Assembly (NCBI GenBank): GCA_963788655.1
Contig: CAWBHS010000103.1
Location: 1 to 39,719, forward strand
Direction: 5' to 3'
From: an uncultured Verrucomicrobiae bacterium
GTDB lineage: Bacteria > Verrucomicrobiota > Verrucomicrobiia > Limisphaerales > JAFGQR01
DNA length: 39,719 bases
In this document: one piece after another, positions 29,792 to 38,098 of the stretch
How the letters are laid out: every line of letters starts with the position of its first letter
How positions within the stretch are numbered: position 1 is the first letter of the stretch
Program-made: the position numbers and the translations under genes
The notes under the pieces: generated by a model
Database searches by the model: none
Seen by the model: only the letters and a program-made list of their open reading frames with translations
Told to the model about the DNA's origin: nothing

Positions 29792-32164
29792 TCAGGGAAA
29801 GGGGTGAGAATGTTCCGAGCCTGCCCTAACTGAAGCCTGTGTGGTGTGGCTGCAATTCGACGGAATTCGCAGACTGAAACTCAGTGGTGAGGCGGCCATA
29901 ACCGTTAGGATGCCTGGACCATAGCTTGCGGCCAGGATTTGAGCTTGCACGTCAGCCATTTCTCGCGCGATTGGACCGTCGATGAATTCCAACCCCGTAT
30001 TCGTGTCGGCAACATGCGGCAATGCCAGCAAAGCAAGGCTGATAATTTCCTGCGTGCCCGGCGCAAAGGTGCTCCCGGGTGGCAGCGCCAATGCCACGCC
30101 CACCTTGCCGGCGGAAAGCGCGTTGGTATTGACCAACAAAGCTGCTGCGGCGGAGGCAGCAGTCGGCTTGGCTCCGACGAATCTCACCATGGCCGGATCA
30201 AACGAGAGCGTGAAGCCGGCGGCGTTTTCGTTGCCGCTCGCCTTCAGCACCACTGCCACCGATTTGGTCGTGCCCGCCGCCATCATTGTGTCCCTCACCC
30301 GCAGGAACCGGCCTGTGCCATCTCCGCGGCTGGCCAATGCCGACACGGACTTACCGGGATTGATTGCGGAGGCGATGGGCGCGGTGGGGCCGCCGACGGG
30401 TTTCACCGGATCCAGACCGCTCGCGTAACGTCCGGCCTGAACCCAATCGGCGATGCTCAGCGCGCCGTTGCCCAGCGTAGCGGACGGAGCGCAATCCGCG
30501 CGTTGAAACTCGCCTCCCTCCACAGGTTGGTCCAACGCGGCCGCAAACCGGCCCGCTTGCACCCAATCCGTGATGGTGACAGTGCCGTTCGTGCTGCCAT
30601 GGGGACGGGGTTGCACATCGGCTTCATAACTCACGGTGTCCGATGGCCGCATCCAGAGTGGTCCTACGTCAGCCGGCGTCAACGGCGGATACACGGCGAT
30701 GGCCGAAGACGCTTGATCGCAACCAACATCTTTGGTCACGGGCCGGGTGGTTCCATCAATGTCTTCTGTCACAAAATCGTAATTGCCTTGCGCCGCGCCG
30801 AGAACCGGGCTGTTGGTAGCGGGACGCCACAAACCATCCGCCGCCGGCAATAACTGCGGATCGGTTTGCCAGATTCCGCTGTTGGTCGCAATGCCCAGCG
30901 AAGTGCCATACATGATATTGCCTTCCCAGGTCAGGTTCACCGGCGTAATCCGTTGATCAACCAGTTTGCCGCTGCTGGTAAGCACGATGTTGTTGGCGAT
31001 GACGCAATCCTCCGGCGGCAACGTGGTTACCTGCGGGGTGCCGCTGTAGGTGCCGGGCAGGCCGATGACCAGGCTGTTTTGGCAATTGACGAACGTGTTG
31101 AACGCCACGACGGCGCGTTTGACCTGGAAATAGCCGTTGAGCGGGCTGTTCTCCAGGCCCTGCATGATGGTCAACGCCGACCGACCGCTGGTGCCGGTCA
31201 GTTCCCCAAAATAGTTGTTGAACACTTGGTGGTCCTCGCCGATGACCCGCACGCCACCGGTGAGCGGTTTGAGGTGCCCAAAGAAATAGTTGGCGGCCAC
31301 CACGCACCGGTTCCCGTGCCGCAAGGTCAACGTCCCCTCGCACTCGACGAACGTGTTGTGCCGATAAACATTCTCACACGACTTATTGGAGATGATTTCA
31401 ATCTCGCCGTTGCAACGTTCGAAATAGTTGCGCTCAACCAGGGTGCCGGAACGGTTCATCGACACCTCGCTGGTGCCGACGCGGATGGTTTCCCCGCCAT
31501 TGACGCCCAAGTCGGATCGCGGGCCGAAATAATTGTGATCGAGGCGATGGCCATTCGGCTGATCCGGTTGGCTGGACACCCACACGACCAGCGTGGTACC
31601 GGCGTTGGTTTTGCCCGCGAAATAGCAATTGTCCACCCGGTTGCTGACGCCATAAAGCGAAACCCACTTGGTGTCGATAAGCCCGCTCGGCGGATTGTAG
31701 TCAATGATGGCGCATTCGGTCAGCCGGCAATGGTTGGCTGGTGCGTCATCGGCATCGCGGAATTCGACCACCGCGTCCGAGGTGACATAACCGTTCGTGA
31801 ATTGCAGACCGGAAACCACCAGGAAGCTGCCGGCCAGCCGCAGCCGTGACGTGCCGCTGAGCGTGACTTGGCCGGGGACTTGGGCTTGCAAGGTGATGGG
31901 CTGGGTGGCGGTACCGTTGCCTTTGAATGTGATGTCGGCATTTTGCCAGACGCCGGTGGCCATGATCAGCGTGTCTCCCGGTTGGACAGTCTGCATCGCC
32001 GCCGTGATTTCCGACACGCTCGCAACCAATTGGCTGTCGGCCAGCACGGGAGTTGTCCCGCTCAACAGCATCAACCCAACGCCCAACCCTCGCGTCGGCG
32101 AAAGCAATCGGCCACACCAATTTTGGCGGCATCCGCGGCTCATCTTGATTTGTGCCGGTGGCAC
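29792..32164 (-). CDS. Polysaccharide lyase family 6 (alginate lyase/chondroitinase B beta-helix) with C-terminal dockerin-like and cohesin domains
   Basis: QPGDTLIMATGVW, GTATQPITLQAQVPGQV, NRVDNCYFAGK, NGGETIRVGTS, GEIEIISNKSCEN, LTLRHGN and GGVRVIGEDHQVFNNYF. Then a duplicated DWVQAGR(F/Y) repeat (~30630-30410) and cohesin-like GNENAAGFTLSFDP (~30310-29900). Confidence 0.88.
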   Translation of the reverse strand: MPPAQIKMSRGCRQNWCGRLLSPTRGLGVGLMLLSGTTPVLADSQLVASVSEITAAMQTVQPGDTLIMATGVWQNADITFKGNGTATQPITLQAQVPGQVTLSGTSRLRLAGSFLVVSGLQFTNGYVTSDAVVEFRDADDAPANHCRLTECAIIDYNPPSGLIDTKWVSLYGVSNRVDNCYFAGKTNAGTTLVVWVSSQPDQPNGHRLDHNYFGPRSDLGVNGGETIRVGTSEVSMNRSGTLVERNYFERCNGEIEIISNKSCENVYRHNTFVECEGTLTLRHGNRCVVAANYFFGHLKPLTGGVRVIGEDHQVFNNYFGELTGTSGRSALTIMQGLENSPLNGYFQVKRAVVAFNTFVNCQNSLVIGLPGTYSGTPQVTTLPPEDCVIANNIVLTSSGKLVDQRITPVNLTWEGNIMYGTSLGIATNSGIWQTDPQLLPAADGLWRPATNSPVLGAAQGNYDFVTEDIDGTTRPVTKDVGCDQASSAIAVYPPLTPADVGPLWMRPSDTVSYEADVQPRPHGSTNGTVTITDWVQAGRFAAALDQPVEGGEFQRADCAPSATLGNGALSIADWVQAGRYASGLDPVKPVGGPTAPIASAINPGKSVSALASRGDGTGRFLRVRDTMMAAGTTKSVAVVLKASGNENAAGFTLSFDPAMVRFVGAKPTAASAAAALLVNTNALSAGKVGVALALPPGSTFAPGTQEIISLALLALPHVADTNTGLEFIDGPIAREMADVQAQILAASYGPGILTVMAASPLSFSLRIPSNCSHTTQASVRAGSEHSHPFP

Positions 32165-32288
32165 GATTTCATTTCCATCATCTTAACCTTAAACATCGTC
32201 GAAAGCGGCTCCCGACTACAATTTGCCGGCATTTTGCACTGGTTTCTTGTGCTCGGACAGGCTTGTATCATGGCCAAACCATAACGTG

Positions 32289-32966
32289 ATGAAATTACTT
32301 TTGGTGGAAGATTCACCGCGGTTGCAGCGTTCGCTCGCCGAAGGGTTGCGCCACGCCGGCTACGTCCTGGATATCACAGGCGATGGCGCGGAAGGACTGT
32401 GGTTGGCGAAGTCGAACGGTTACGACGTGATCATTCTCGACATCATGTTGCCGGGCTTGGACGGGTTGGCGGTGCTCGAACGCTTGCGCGCCCAGGGAAA
32501 GGAAACCCACGTATTGATGCTCACAGCGCGGGATGCGGTCGAGGACCGCGTGCGCGGATTGCAAATGGGGGCGGACGACTATCTGGTCAAGCCGTTTGCT
32601 TTCGAGGAACTGCTGGCGCGCATCCAGGTCTTGTGCCGTCGCGGGTATGGTAACAAGAATCCGGTCATCCGCGCCGGTGACCTGGAATTGGATCAGGCCA
32701 GCCGGGCGGTGAAACGGAGCGGCACGGCGATTGAATTGACTGCCCGCGAATATGCCCTCCTCGAATATCTGGCGCTGCGCCGCGGACAAGTCGTGTCCCG
32801 CACCGAAATTGAGACCCACATTTACGATGACCAGGCCGATCCCATGAGCAATGTGGTGGACCGCACCGTGTGCGTGCTGCGCCGAAAACTCGGTCGGCCC
32901 GGCTCGGCGCCGTTGATCCATACCCGGCGTGGGCAAGGCTATTTGCTCGAACCCGATCCGGCATGA
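32289..32966 (+). CDS. OmpR/PhoB-family response regulator
   Basis: MKLLLVED, YDVIILDIMLPGLDG, LMLTARD, GADDYLVKPFAFEELLARI, LTAREYALLEYL and IHTRRGQGY. Start ATG 32289. Confidence 0.95.
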   Translation: MKLLLVEDSPRLQRSLAEGLRHAGYVLDITGDGAEGLWLAKSNGYDVIILDIMLPGLDGLAVLERLRAQGKETHVLMLTARDAVEDRVRGLQMGADDYLVKPFAFEELLARIQVLCRRGYGNKNPVIRAGDLELDQASRAVKRSGTAIELTAREYALLEYLALRRGQVVSRTEIETHIYDDQADPMSNVVDRTVCVLRRKLGRPGSAPLIHTRRGQGYLLEPDPA

Positions 32967-34492
32967 AATCTATTCGCCACCAATTAACGCTCAGTCTGCT
33001 GCTGGGTTTCGCCCTGTTGCTCGGGGCCGGCGGCGTGGCGGTCTATTGCTCAGCCCGGGCCGGTTTGTATCGTGAGTTTGACAACGGACTCCGCCTTAAA
33101 GCTCTAGCCATCGCCGCCCTGACCAGACGTACGCGCGAAGGGGTCAGGTTTGAATTTCGTGATCGGCTCCAGCCAACCAACAATTCCCAGCTTGCCATCG
33201 ATTACTACCAATTGTATGCCCGCCACGGAGATTCGCTGGAACGTGCTCCCTTGCTGGGTCAAACGAACCTGCCACCGCGGTTCGGTTCCTTGACGGAGCC
33301 AACGTTCTTCAATCTCGAGTTGCCAGGCAAAGTGCCCGGACGCGCAGTGGGTTTGGAATTCGTCGTCAAGCAACGCAACCGGAAAGCTGTGCGAGAGGAC
33401 GAGGACGAAGAAGAACCCGCAGCAAAACCTGCCACCGCTAGCAAGCCGGCCAAACAACCCTCGCCAGCGTTGCCCCCGCTGCCGGTCGGACTCGTGGTGG
33501 CAGCAGAACGAACGGCGCTGGACCATACCTTGAGGGCGCTGGCCAATCTGTTGGGACTCGCCGGCGGGGCCAGCCTGCTGGCCACGATCGGGCTTATTGC
33601 CGTGGCGCTCCGCCGGGGACTCCGGCCACTGGACCAGCTTGCCGGGCGGGCCGAGCGCATCGACGCCGCTTCGTTGCAAACCCGGTTTCCCGCCGACGGC
33701 CTGCCTGCCGAATTGACGCCCATTGCCCAGCGGCTCAACGAACTGTTGTCCCGCTTGCAAGCCGCGTTCGAACGGGAACGCCGCTTCAGTGCCGACCTCG
33801 CCCATGAACTGCGCACGCCGCTGGCGGAGTTGCGGTCCCTGGCGGAGGTCAAGCTCCGGTGCGGCAACCCGGCCGACCACGAGTCGTTTCGGGAGACGCT
33901 GGACATCGCCATCCAGATGCAATCGCTGGTAACGCGCTTGCTGGCCTTGGCGCGTTCCGAACAGCGCGACCTGCCCCTCCAAGCAGAACCGGTGGAGATC
34001 AACCGGGTGCTGGAATCCGTGTGGGAAAAGCTCCGGCCTCGGGCGGATCGCCACCAGCTTGCCGTCAAACTGGCGGTGCCACCGCCCAGCCGGATTGTTA
34101 CCGATGCGGCTTTGTTCCGCGGCATCCTGCAAAACCTGCTGGCCAATGCGGTCGATTACACGCCGCCGCAAGGAGCCTTGGCGGTTCAATTTGTGGGCAA
34201 CAACAACCATTTTGAGCTAACCATCCGAAACACGACCGCCAAATTGGAGGCGGCCGACCTGCCGCACCTCTTCGACCGCTTCTGGCGCAAGGACAGTGCC
34301 CGCACCGATTCGGCGCACAGCGGCTTGGGGCTGGCCTTGGCCCGCTCCTTTGCCGAGTTGCTCGGCATGCAACTGTCGGCGCGGTTGGAAAGCAACGGGC
34401 AATTTGTCCTCACCCTGTCCGGCCCGCTGAAGGCCGGTCCCGAACCACAACGAGGAAGCCCAGAGGCAAAAGTGAGGGAATTGATACGGTAA
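32963..34492 (+). CDS. Membrane sensor histidine kinase (HAMP-HisKA-HATPase; CusS/QseC-like)
   Basis: ATGA overlap with the regulator; two TM helices; H-box FSADLAHELRTPL, N-box NLLANAVDY, HLFDRFWRKD and G2 box HSGLGLALA. Confidence 0.93.
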   Translation: MKSIRHQLTLSLLLGFALLLGAGGVAVYCSARAGLYREFDNGLRLKALAIAALTRRTREGVRFEFRDRLQPTNNSQLAIDYYQLYARHGDSLERAPLLGQTNLPPRFGSLTEPTFFNLELPGKVPGRAVGLEFVVKQRNRKAVREDEDEEEPAAKPATASKPAKQPSPALPPLPVGLVVAAERTALDHTLRALANLLGLAGGASLLATIGLIAVALRRGLRPLDQLAGRAERIDAASLQTRFPADGLPAELTPIAQRLNELLSRLQAAFERERRFSADLAHELRTPLAELRSLAEVKLRCGNPADHESFRETLDIAIQMQSLVTRLLALARSEQRDLPLQAEPVEINRVLESVWEKLRPRADRHQLAVKLAVPPPSRIVTDAALFRGILQNLLANAVDYTPPQGALAVQFVGNNNHFELTIRNTTAKLEAADLPHLFDRFWRKDSARTDSAHSGLGLALARSFAELLGMQLSARLESNGQFVLTLSGPLKAGPEPQRGSPEAKVRELIR

Positions 34493-34506
34493 TGTTACGG
34501 TAATGT
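34485..34506 (+). promoter_or_regulatory. Perfect 11-bp tandem direct repeat, candidate OmpR/PhoB-type operator upstream of the PepM-like operon
   Basis: TACGGTAATGT|TACGGTAATGT spans the kinase stop codon and ends 47 bp before ATG 34554. An 11-bp period is typical of winged-helix regulator boxes. Function is inferred. Confidence 0.45.
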
Positions 34507-34553
34507 TGGGTTTGGGAGAGTGCAGCGCGTTAGTCGAAATATTTGTATGAACC

Positions 34554-35588
34554 ATGCGAAATAGAGAAGTCACCGCCGCGGAGGTTCCGGCAAGAAACGT
34601 CACCGCGAGCCGTGAGCGGGATGACGTCGCGCTTTTGTTTGACGGACGCTTTCAAACCGGGGTCGGCGTGTATGACGGTCTTTCCGCGTTGCTCGCGGAG
34701 AAATGGAAATTTGCCTTTGCCTGGGTGAGCAGCTTCTGCTGCTCCGCCGCCGCGGGACTTCCCGATGCGGGCATCATTGGTCCGGAAGACATTCTCAACG
34801 TGGTGCGGTGCGTGCGCCGTTGCGTTGCACTGCCCATCGTGGTGGATCTCGACTCCGGTTACGGTGACGCCATCAAGGTATTTCACGTGGTCGAAGCCAT
34901 GACCCGGGCGGGCGCGGCGGCTTTGTGCATCGAGGACAATCCCATTTCCAAACGTTGTAGCCTGTACGATGGTTATGATCGCGCGCTGGTGCCTATCGAG
35001 GAACACATCACTCGCTTGCGCGCGGCTCGGGCGGGCGTAGCGCAGGCTCATTGCACCTGCCACATTATCGCGCGGACCGAAGCGCTCGTCGCGGGGAAGG
35101 GTCTCGCCGAAGCGTTGAAGCGCGCGACGGCTTATGCCGATGCCGGAGCCGACGCCGTGTTTGTTCAATCGCTGGATACGACCGGCAATGAAGTGCTCAC
35201 GTTTGGACGCAAATGGCAACGGCGAACGCCGATCTTCATCGCGCCAACGCGGCTGCCTCACGTTACGAAGAAGGAGTTCGCCGACGCCGGAATTTCGCAC
35301 ACGATTTTTGCGAATCAGGGACTTCGCGCCGCGCACGCCGCCATGGATCGCACGTTCGGCATCTTGGCGCAGTCGCAATCCGCCACCGGGGTTGACTCGG
35401 AGATTTCCAGTATTGCCACGGTGGCGAATTTGGTCGGAGCGCAGCAGGTGGTTGAGTTGGAAGCCCAGTTGGCCCACGGAAATGGAAAGCCGGCGCCGGC
35501 ACCAACGCCACCGGGGGGAGGTTTGGTGATTCCGACGGGTGGTAAGCTGGAAACGCATGCTGCCGACCGCAGCGTACCCAACGACTAA
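34554..35588 (+). CDS. Isocitrate lyase/PEP mutase superfamily enzyme, most like phosphoenolpyruvate mutase, with a non-canonical active-site loop
   Basis: YDGLSALL, WVSSF...GLPD, IVVDLDSGYG, CIEDNPISKRCSLYDG, IIARTEALVAGKGLAEALKRATAYADAGADAVFVQS, PIFIAPT and GISHTIFANQGLRAA align with the PepM/phosphonopyruvate hydrolase branch. Confidence 0.8.
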   Translation: MRNREVTAAEVPARNVTASRERDDVALLFDGRFQTGVGVYDGLSALLAEKWKFAFAWVSSFCCSAAAGLPDAGIIGPEDILNVVRCVRRCVALPIVVDLDSGYGDAIKVFHVVEAMTRAGAAALCIEDNPISKRCSLYDGYDRALVPIEEHITRLRAARAGVAQAHCTCHIIARTEALVAGKGLAEALKRATAYADAGADAVFVQSLDTTGNEVLTFGRKWQRRTPIFIAPTRLPHVTKKEFADAGISHTIFANQGLRAAHAAMDRTFGILAQSQSATGVDSEISSIATVANLVGAQQVVELEAQLAHGNGKPAPAPTPPGGGLVIPTGGKLETHAADRSVPND

Positions 35589-35633
35589 GCTTCGTGGATT
35601 GACATTTTCCTGGTCCTGACCGTAAGGGAGAAC

Positions 35634-36824
35634 ATGCTGGCTGAACGAATGAAGGGTTTTTCCGGTTCGCGGACTTCCGGGATGCGCAACCGGGCGCGGA
35701 AACTTCGCGCCGAAGGCATTCACGTGGTGAACTTCGCCGCGGGTGAACTGGATCAGGACACCAGTCCCGGAATCAAGGCCGCGGTGCGGCAGGCGGTGGA
35801 TGCAGGCCATACGCAATACACCGACACGCTGGGCCTTCGCGAATTGCGCGAACGAGTTGCGGCGAAGATCATCCAGAAGACCGGCGTCACCTACACCGCG
35901 GAGGAAGTCGGCTTCACCGCCGGTGCCAAGCAAGCGTTGTTCAACGCGAATTTCGTACTGTTCCAACCGGGGGATGAAGTCATCATTCCGGCTCCCTATT
36001 GGGTGACGATGCCGGAGCAGGCGCGGTTGGCCGGCGCGACACCGGTTGCGCTGCCGACCGGACCCCATGGTTTTCAAATCGACGTCGGCGAACTAGCGCA
36101 AGCCATCACACCACGCACGCGGGGACTCATTCTGAACACGCCGCACAATCCGACCGGCGTGGTTTATTCGTCGGAACTGCTGAAGCAAATTGCCCAATTG
36201 GTGTTGCAACACGACCTGGTCTGCATTTTCGACGAGTGCTACGACCAATTGGTTTATGCCCCCGCCGTGCATCACAACCTCGTGCAGGTGGTTCCCGAGA
36301 TGAAAGCGCGAACCGTGCTCATCGGTTCGTTGTCGAAATCCTATTGCATGGCGGGTTGGCGGGCCGGTTATTTCGCTGCCCCGCAACCCATTGTGAAAGC
36401 GATTGCCAATCTGCAAAGTCATATCGCGTCGAATCCCTCCAACCTCGTTCAATATGCGGCTTTGAATGCCTTCGAGCCGGAGAACGACGCCTTTGTGGCC
36501 GGCAACCGCAAGCAATTGACCGCCCAGCGGGCGACGGCGCTGGAACTGATCCAAAAGATTCCCGGCCTGCCTTGTGTCGTTCCCCAAGGCGCCTTCTATC
36601 TTTTTCCCGACGTGAGCTCACTTTTTGGCAAATCATTCCAGGGCCAGCGCGTGGACAATGGGGATCGACTGGCCGAACTGCTGCTGGAACACGCTCACAT
36701 CGCCATCGTTCCCGGCTCGGCCTTTGGCGCGCCCGATCACCTGCGCATCTCCTACGCGATCCCGACCGAAGAAATCGTGACCGGGTTGACTCGCCTGGGG
36801 CAGTTTATGCAGTCGTTGTCATGA
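35634..36824 (+). CDS. PLP-dependent class I/II aminotransferase (aspartate aminotransferase-like)
   Basis: RBS GGGAG; NFAAGELD, YTDTLGLRELR, TAGAKQAL, ILNTPHNPTG, DECY, PLP-lysine motif SLSKSYCMAGWRAGY, PQGAFYLF and VPGSAFG...LRISYA. Confidence 0.95.
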   Translation: MLAERMKGFSGSRTSGMRNRARKLRAEGIHVVNFAAGELDQDTSPGIKAAVRQAVDAGHTQYTDTLGLRELRERVAAKIIQKTGVTYTAEEVGFTAGAKQALFNANFVLFQPGDEVIIPAPYWVTMPEQARLAGATPVALPTGPHGFQIDVGELAQAITPRTRGLILNTPHNPTGVVYSSELLKQIAQLVLQHDLVCIFDECYDQLVYAPAVHHNLVQVVPEMKARTVLIGSLSKSYCMAGWRAGYFAAPQPIVKAIANLQSHIASNPSNLVQYAALNAFEPENDAFVAGNRKQLTAQRATALELIQKIPGLPCVVPQGAFYLFPDVSSLFGKSFQGQRVDNGDRLAELLLEHAHIAIVPGSAFGAPDHLRISYAIPTEEIVTGLTRLGQFMQSLS

Positions 36825-38098
36825 ACGTTCCCGCCCCGAATTCAAATCCCTCCATGACGCAATCCGGCATGGTGTTGTTCCTCGGCATGGTGCGCCGTGG
36901 AGAATTTGAGAGCCTCGAAAAACGCGGCTTGCCGTTGGGTATTTTGGTGGACACGAACAGCAAGGCGCGCCTCGGCGATGTCTCGCGCTTCGTGGTCGTC
37001 GAGCGGTTCGATTTCTCGCGGCCGTTACCGGAACTGATCGAGAAGGTGCGCGCCATTCGGCAGCGGTTCGGCATCGTGTGCCTCTACAACGTCATCGAAT
37101 TCTATGTGGCCCAGACGGCCGCCGTCGCCGCCGCGCTGGGGCTACCCGGAATTGCTCCCCAATCCGCGAGATTGTGCCTCGACAAAAATCTCATGCGCCA
37201 ACGGTTTCACGAGCGGCTGGGGCCGGGCGTGGGGGCGCGTTGTCATGCGATTCATTCCGAAGCCGAATTGCTGAAGTTTGCTGACGAGCTGGGCTTCCCG
37301 TGTTTTTTGCAACCGGCGAATGTCTCCGCCAGCATGTGGGCCACGCGCAACACAAACCGCGAAATGCTGCTGGCCAATTACCGCAAAATCGTCAGTGAGG
37401 TGCCGAAATACTACGAGCGCCTGGGGAAGAAAGGCACGGCGCTGAGCGTGGTCCTGGCGGAATACCTGGAAGGGATAAACATTTCCATCGACTGTCTGAT
37501 GGACAAGAAGGGCCAGGTCTTCACGACGCCGGCGGTGGAGGTGCTGACCGGACAGGACGTTGGCCTGGACGACTTTCATCACTTTGCGCGTCTGCTTCCG
37601 GCGCGGCTCAGCGCGGAGGAGGAAGCGGAGCTGAACCGGTTGGCCATTACCGGGGTGCAGGCGCTCGACATGACGACCAGCGCTTCGCACGTCGAATTCA
37701 TCGGTTCCCGCCTCGGCGAAATCGCGGCGCGCCCCGGCGGCAACCGTCCGCGCATACTCGAAATGGCCTACGGCATGGATATGCTGTACGCCTATTACCA
37801 GATTCTTCGGGGTGAAACCCCTGATCTGCGCCCGAATCGCAACTTCGCGGCGGCCGTTGTCACGCCGTTTGCGCCGCGCGACGGTCCGCTACGCTCGATT
37901 CGTCACTTGGATCGCATTCCCCAATTGCCGGGCTATCTTTATCACGAAGTTCGCGCGCAACCCGGCCAGCCGGTCGGCCTCTCCCGGAGCGGATACCGCG
38001 CCGGATTGTATGTCGAACTGTTGTCCGACGATGCCGATGAAGTCCGCCACAGCGTGGACCAAATCGCGTCCTGGACGGATTTGTATGAACTGAACTGA
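36821..38098 (+). CDS. ATP-grasp ligase (L-amino acid ligase-like)
   Basis: Start ATG 36821 overlaps the aminotransferase stop (ATGA). Motifs AAALGLPG, CLDKNLMRQRF, LGFPCFLQP, VLAEYLEG and SHVEF...GEIAARPGG. Confidence 0.82.
   Translation: MNVPAPNSNPSMTQSGMVLFLGMVRRGEFESLEKRGLPLGILVDTNSKARLGDVSRFVVVERFDFSRPLPELIEKVRAIRQRFGIVCLYNVIEFYVAQTAAVAAALGLPGIAPQSARLCLDKNLMRQRFHERLGPGVGARCHAIHSEAELLKFADELGFPCFLQPANVSASMWATRNTNREMLLANYRKIVSEVPKYYERLGKKGTALSVVLAEYLEGINISIDCLMDKKGQVFTTPAVEVLTGQDVGLDDFHHFARLLPARLSAEEEAELNRLAITGVQALDMTTSASHVEFIGSRLGEIAARPGGNRPRILEMAYGMDMLYAYYQILRGETPDLRPNRNFAAAVVTPFAPRDGPLRSIRHLDRIPQLPGYLYHEVRAQPGQPVGLSRSGYRAGLYVELLSDDADEVRHSVDQIASWTDLYELN

Noticed and set aside
34530..36077. 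515-aa minus-strand ORF, and similar long antisense ORFs (26519-28141, 33104-34210, 37889-39067, 21701-22597)
   Set aside because: These are shadow frames of well-supported genes in GC-rich DNA and carry no motifs.
35999..36820. N-terminal 274 aa of the 699-aa ORF 35999-38098
   Set aside because: It is an off-frame overlap with the aminotransferase and is Arg/Gly-rich without motifs. The real start is ATG 36821, coupled to the upstream stop.
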